DNA of 64,000 nucleotides from Candidatus Xenobia bacterium (GTDB lineage Bacteria; Vulcanimicrobiota; Xenobia; Xenobiales; QWHO01): NCBI GenBank assembly GCA_045863235.1, contig BTUM01000005.1, positions 122,912 to 186,911 of the forward strand, read 5' to 3'. Shown piece by piece: positions 60,810 to 64,000 of this stretch (position 1 is its first letter; each line of letters starts with the position of its first letter). The notes under the pieces were generated by a model. It saw only the letters and a program-made list of their open reading frames with translations, ran no database searches and was not told where the DNA came from. The position numbers and the translations under genes were made by a program.

Positions 60810-61574
60810 GTGCGCGCCTCATTCGCGGGAGTGACCCTGGAGCTGCCCGCCTTCTTCCAGGCGGGCTCCGAGGCCCTGGCCGTGCTCGAGCCGCAGCTCA
60901 CCCTGAACGTCAAGACGCTCCCCGATGCGGCCTCGGCCGACGAGATCGCCGATGCCTACGCTCGCTTTCTGGAGCAGTCTATTCCTGGTCTGGAGGAGTT
61001 GTCGCGCGAGCCGACCGAGCTGGGAGTGCTGCGCGAGCACACTTTCCGCCAGGATGAGTCCCAGGTCTACCAGCGCCAACTCTACCTGGTGCCCGTGCCG
61101 CCCAGGGCTTACGTGGTCACCTGCACGGTCGTGGACGCAGAGCTCGACTCCGCCCGCGAGCGGGCCGGCAGGGTTCTGGCTCGAGTCGCCAGGCCAGGGA
61201 TGGATAGCCTGGGCCTGGGCGCGGTGGAGGTCGACCTGCCTGACTGCAGTCAGGTGATGTTCCTGCCCGCCGCCCTGCCCGAGATGCTGCGGCCGATGCT
61301 GTTGATGGCCTGGGACACGTCCGGGGACAGCCCGGAGGCGCAGGCCCGGACCACCCTGGCGCAGGCGACCGAGCTGGTGATTCTGGAGCAGGGAATGGTG
61401 GGCTCGCTCTACCGCCGGGAGATGCTGCTGCAGCAGGACGGCAACGATCTCTTTGCCGCCCACCTGCACCTGCGCCGCGGACAGCGCTCGGTGCTGCTGG
61501 CTCTGACGGGGGAGGCCCGCACCGCCTCGCTGCTCGCGGCGGCGGCGCGGGAGCTGGCCAGCCAGCTGTCCTAG
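60810..61574 (+). CDS. Hypothetical protein (254 aa) immediately downstream of the large protein (GTG start 6 nt after its stop); candidate cognate partner
   Basis: Protein-like ORF, tight coupling to the upstream gene, no domain recognised. Confidence 0.5.
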   Translation: MRASFAGVTLELPAFFQAGSEALAVLEPQLTLNVKTLPDAASADEIADAYARFLEQSIPGLEELSREPTELGVLREHTFRQDESQVYQRQLYLVPVPPRAYVVTCTVVDAELDSARERAGRVLARVARPGMDSLGLGAVEVDLPDCSQVMFLPAALPEMLRPMLLMAWDTSGDSPEAQARTTLAQATELVILEQGMVGSLYRREMLLQQDGNDLFAAHLHLRRGQRSVLLALTGEARTASLLAAAARELASQLS

Positions 61575-61747
61575 TTGCCAGCGAATTGGCTCTGTGTCGG
61601 AATCGCTGCTGCAAGAGGTTGAGAGGGCCCTGCGGCTGACGTCTGACCTGGATTGAGGCCGGTGTCCCACGTGCCGGAGGTCTGCCAGTCGAGGCCGAAT
61701 TTTCATTTGGCGAGGGAAGGCAAGTCCCTGGGCTGAATTGGATTTCG

Positions 61748-62401
61748 ATGGAGCCGAAACTCGAGAGCCTGACGGATGCCCAGAGGCGACTCTGGCCAGA
61801 GTTGTCAGCCACTCCCTACCATTTCACTCTGTACGGAGGTATCGCCATCGCACTTCGTTTTGGACACCGTTTTTCGGCTGATTTTGACCTGCTCTCTCAG
61901 CAGGCATTCGATCCTGAGTCTTTGTATCGCCAGATTCCCTACCTGAAAGAGGCAAGTGTGCTTCAGATGGGGGCAAACACGCTCACCTGCTCGGTAGAGC
62001 GCGGGGAGGCCGTGAAGATTTCCTTCTTCGGTGTACCTGACATCCGGGTTGTGGAGCCACCTGAGGCGGCTGTTGGCCCCAACCTCAAGGTCGCCTCGGT
62101 TCTCGATCTGGCCGGAACGGAGGCGTCAGTTATTCAGAAGCGAGCTGCGGCGCGAGACTACCTGGATTTGGACGTCTTGATGACCCGAGGACGGGTCGAC
62201 CTGTTGACCGCCCTGGCTGCCGGTCGACTGGTTTATGGACCAATGTTCAACGCCCAGATTACATTGAAGGCCCTGTCCTACTATGGTGACGGCGATCTGT
62301 CGGGAGTTCCTGCTGAGGTCAAGGCGCGACTGACGGAGGCGGCGCGCACTGTGGACCTGAAGCGCTTATCCTCACGGCTGCAAGAATTGGGTGGCACCTG
62401 A
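61748..62401 (+). CDS. Nucleotidyltransferase of the AbiEii/AbiGii (DUF1814) toxin family
   Basis: YHFTLYGGIAIALRFGHRFSADFDLL matches the AbiEii GG..R.S.D.D nucleotidyltransferase signature. The region is noticeably lower in GC than its flanks. Confidence 0.65.
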   Translation: MEPKLESLTDAQRRLWPELSATPYHFTLYGGIAIALRFGHRFSADFDLLSQQAFDPESLYRQIPYLKEASVLQMGANTLTCSVERGEAVKISFFGVPDIRVVEPPEAAVGPNLKVASVLDLAGTEASVIQKRAAARDYLDLDVLMTRGRVDLLTALAAGRLVYGPMFNAQITLKALSYYGDGDLSGVPAEVKARLTEAARTVDLKRLSSRLQELGGT

Positions 62402-62691
62402 TGACCATCGAGAAGTCGCCAGAGATGCTCGCCATTGCGCGCCGCGTGGTGTGGTTCGCCACTCCCGAAGAAGCGCTTGAGCAGCCCGCTCTATTCCTGG
62501 CCCACGTGATGACCTACGGCCTTGTTGAGGATGTGCTGATTGTGCAGCAAGCGGTGGGGATGGATGCCTTTCGGAGCGTCCTGGACGCGCCGCCGCCGGG
62601 CGTATTCGACCCGCGCTCCTGGTCTTATTGGAACCTCATGTGCGACCGCTGGCCAGCGCCACCACTGCCGGAGAGACAGTTTCCCGACTGA
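62401..62691 (+). CDS. Hypothetical small protein translationally coupled (TGATG overlap) to the AbiEii-like gene
   Basis: 96-aa ORF starting at the last nucleotide of the upstream stop. No HTH or HEPN motif recognised. Confidence 0.45.
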   Translation: MTIEKSPEMLAIARRVVWFATPEEALEQPALFLAHVMTYGLVEDVLIVQQAVGMDAFRSVLDAPPPGVFDPRSWSYWNLMCDRWPAPPLPERQFPD

Positions 62692-62817
62692 GCCAGGGTG
62701 AGCGGGAAGGTCGCCCAATGGTCTTGCCCATTGGCAGGGATCTGACGACGTCGCCGGAGCTACGTTCCAGCGCTTTGTCGAGCTTTCGTCGCCCAGGGGT
62801 CTGGCCAGGCAGGTGTC

Positions 62818-63225
62818 CTAATAGGGCATGTTCCAGTCGGCCAGCCCCACATGCAGCACCGGTGCAGGCCAGTCGGGCCGGCCCTTCACGGTGGCCAGGG
62901 AGATCTCCACGGTATGCCCGTCCTTGCGGGCCCTCAGCTCGGAGTGGATCTCGGCCCAAACCTGGCCGTCGCGCACCATCTGGCGGGGCTTGTTGTCGGT
63001 GACAGCCCACCCCTCCGCCTTCAAGCGATCGCGAACGGCCGCGTAGGCCTGTTTGGGATCCCCCACTACGGCGTAGGACACATTGTGGGTCGTGCCCAGT
63101 TGAACCGGCTTGAGGCCCCGGATCTGGTTGATCCAGGCCAGTTCGGCGGGCAGGGTGGCGGCCCCGCACAGGGCGGCCAGGGCCAGGACGAGGATGCCGA
63201 TCAGCTTCTTATGGACAAAGTTCAT
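62818..63225 (-). CDS. Hypothetical secreted protein
   Basis: Start ATG 63225 with RBS GGAGA gives the signal peptide MNFVHKKLIGILVLALAALCGAATLPA. The track ORF start at 63294 adds 23 aa before it. Confidence 0.55.
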   Translation of the reverse strand: MNFVHKKLIGILVLALAALCGAATLPAELAWINQIRGLKPVQLGTTHNVSYAVVGDPKQAYAAVRDRLKAEGWAVTDNKPRQMVRDGQVWAEIHSELRARKDGHTVEISLATVKGRPDWPAPVLHVGLADWNMPY

Positions 63226-63525
63226 ATCGAGTGTCTCCTGAATGAGGATGGCTTGGCGGTCTACGCCGACAAATGTCCTGGTGTTGTTCTCCACTACAAC
63301 ATGTCGGCTACCTGGACGACCCGGTCAGGAGAGCACAATGGCGCCACACAGGCCTCGGCCTCAGACACGGTCACTTCCGCATAACCGGCGTGCACGACGA
63401 TGCTCATGACAGGAGGATTCCCTTCATTGCACGCAAGTTCCTTGAGGGTCTCGCCCTTTGCGTCCCCGGTGGTCTGTTAACAGCCCTTCCCTTTTTCCGC
63501 CGGCCGGGGTGAGTAAACTTTCAAC

Positions 63526-64000
63526 GTGCGCATCTCAAGCCTTGCCCTCTCGTTCATGCTGTTTGCCAGCCCCGTGCGAGCTGGCTCCGAGCCCCCCGCC
63601 GGGCCGGTCGACCGGGTCACCCTGGGCCAGAGCCCCGAGCCTGTGCCCGAGTTACTGCCCGTGCCCGACAGCCGTCAGAGCACGAGTTACTCCTGCGGGG
63701 CTGCCGCCCTGCGCTCCGTGCTGGGCTACTACGGCATCCAGGTGGACGAGGAGGAGCTGATGGCGAAACTGGCCACCAGCCCTCAGGAGGGCACCCGTCC
63801 CGAGGCGATCCTGCGCGTGGCCCGCGAGTACGGCCTGGAGGCCGAGTTGCGCCAGGGGGTCACCCTGGACGAGCTCGAGCGCGAGGTGCAGGCCGGCCGG
63901 CCCACCATCGTGGACGCCCAGGCCTGGCGCGAGGGCGAGGAGCTGAAGCTGCCCTGGACCGAGGTCTGGGAGTCGGGCCACTACATGGTGGCCATAGGCA
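63526..64000 (+). CDS. Secreted peptidase C39-like domain protein; N-terminal part only, runs off the window edge
   Basis: GTG 63526 after an in-frame TAA. Signal peptide VRISSLALSFMLFASPVRA|GS. QSTSYSCGAAALRSVLGYYGIQVDEEELM resembles the C39-like (Peptidase_C39_2) catalytic Cys region. No stop within the window, so absent from the ORF track. Confidence 0.55.
   Translation, partial: MRISSLALSFMLFASPVRAGSEPPAGPVDRVTLGQSPEPVPELLPVPDSRQSTSYSCGAAALRSVLGYYGIQVDEEELMAKLATSPQEGTRPEAILRVAREYGLEAELRQGVTLDELEREVQAGRPTIVDAQAWREGEELKLPWTEVWESGHYMVAIG

Noticed and set aside
1-64000. CRISPR arrays, transposases/IS elements, integrases, reverse transcriptase or DGR, rRNA, tmRNA, RNase P
   Set aside because: No short regularly spaced direct repeats were found. 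No ORF carries DDE/HUH, tyrosine-recombinase or RT motifs. No rRNA-like or tmRNA/RNase P conserved blocks were seen. The only direct repeat found is the 128-bp tandem duplication at 52927-53185.

Overview
High-GC (about 67-70%) bacterial chromosomal segment carrying about 50 protein-coding genes, a four-tRNA cluster and one SAM-I riboswitch. No rRNA, CRISPR array, transposase or integrase was found. The first ~29 kb is ordinary core and accessory content: an ECF sigma factor with its anti-sigma factor, a leaderless RHH-MazF TA pair, a SulP-STAS-cNMP transporter, an amidohydrolase, a BNR propeller lipoprotein, tRNA-Leu/Arg/Gln plus one atypical tRNA, an anaerobic sulfatase-maturating enzyme with a Tat-sulfatase, a pentapeptide-repeat protein, a giant Big_2/lactonase-propeller lipoprotein, a fused 2-oxoacid dehydrogenase E1, endonuclease I and an MFS transporter. 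The most unusual part is a ~30 kb belt (about 30.0-61.6 kb) containing four subtilisin-like S8 genes. Three of these are full-length paralogs with an identical I9-S8-FN3-MAM architecture, conserved M-x-IRD N-termini, no signal peptides and a shared GT(T)CAC(AG) word upstream. They are interleaved with very large coiled-coil proteins that carry glycine-zipper or bipartite hydrophobic domains (33532-36237; 57702-60803 with a downstream partner ORF), an HExxH membrane protease with a glycine-zipper tail, an HDAC-like deacetylase, a PD40 propeller lipoprotein with tandem DGTSNTLLF motifs, and a Cys-rich secreted protein followed by a Met-rich outer-membrane barrel (candidate Cu/metal handling). 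A SAM-I riboswitch controls a metB-metA operon. Two low-GC islands carry TA-like pairs (DUF433/DUF5615 and an AbiEii-like nucleotidyltransferase), and one also holds a 128-bp tandem duplication containing two overlapping small ORFs. Many long ORFs in the six-frame track are antisense artefacts of GC-rich genes and were rejected. No known secretion apparatus or defence-system hallmark genes are present in the window, so the subtilase/large-protein belt is reported as a candidate undescribed effector-like locus, not a proven system.
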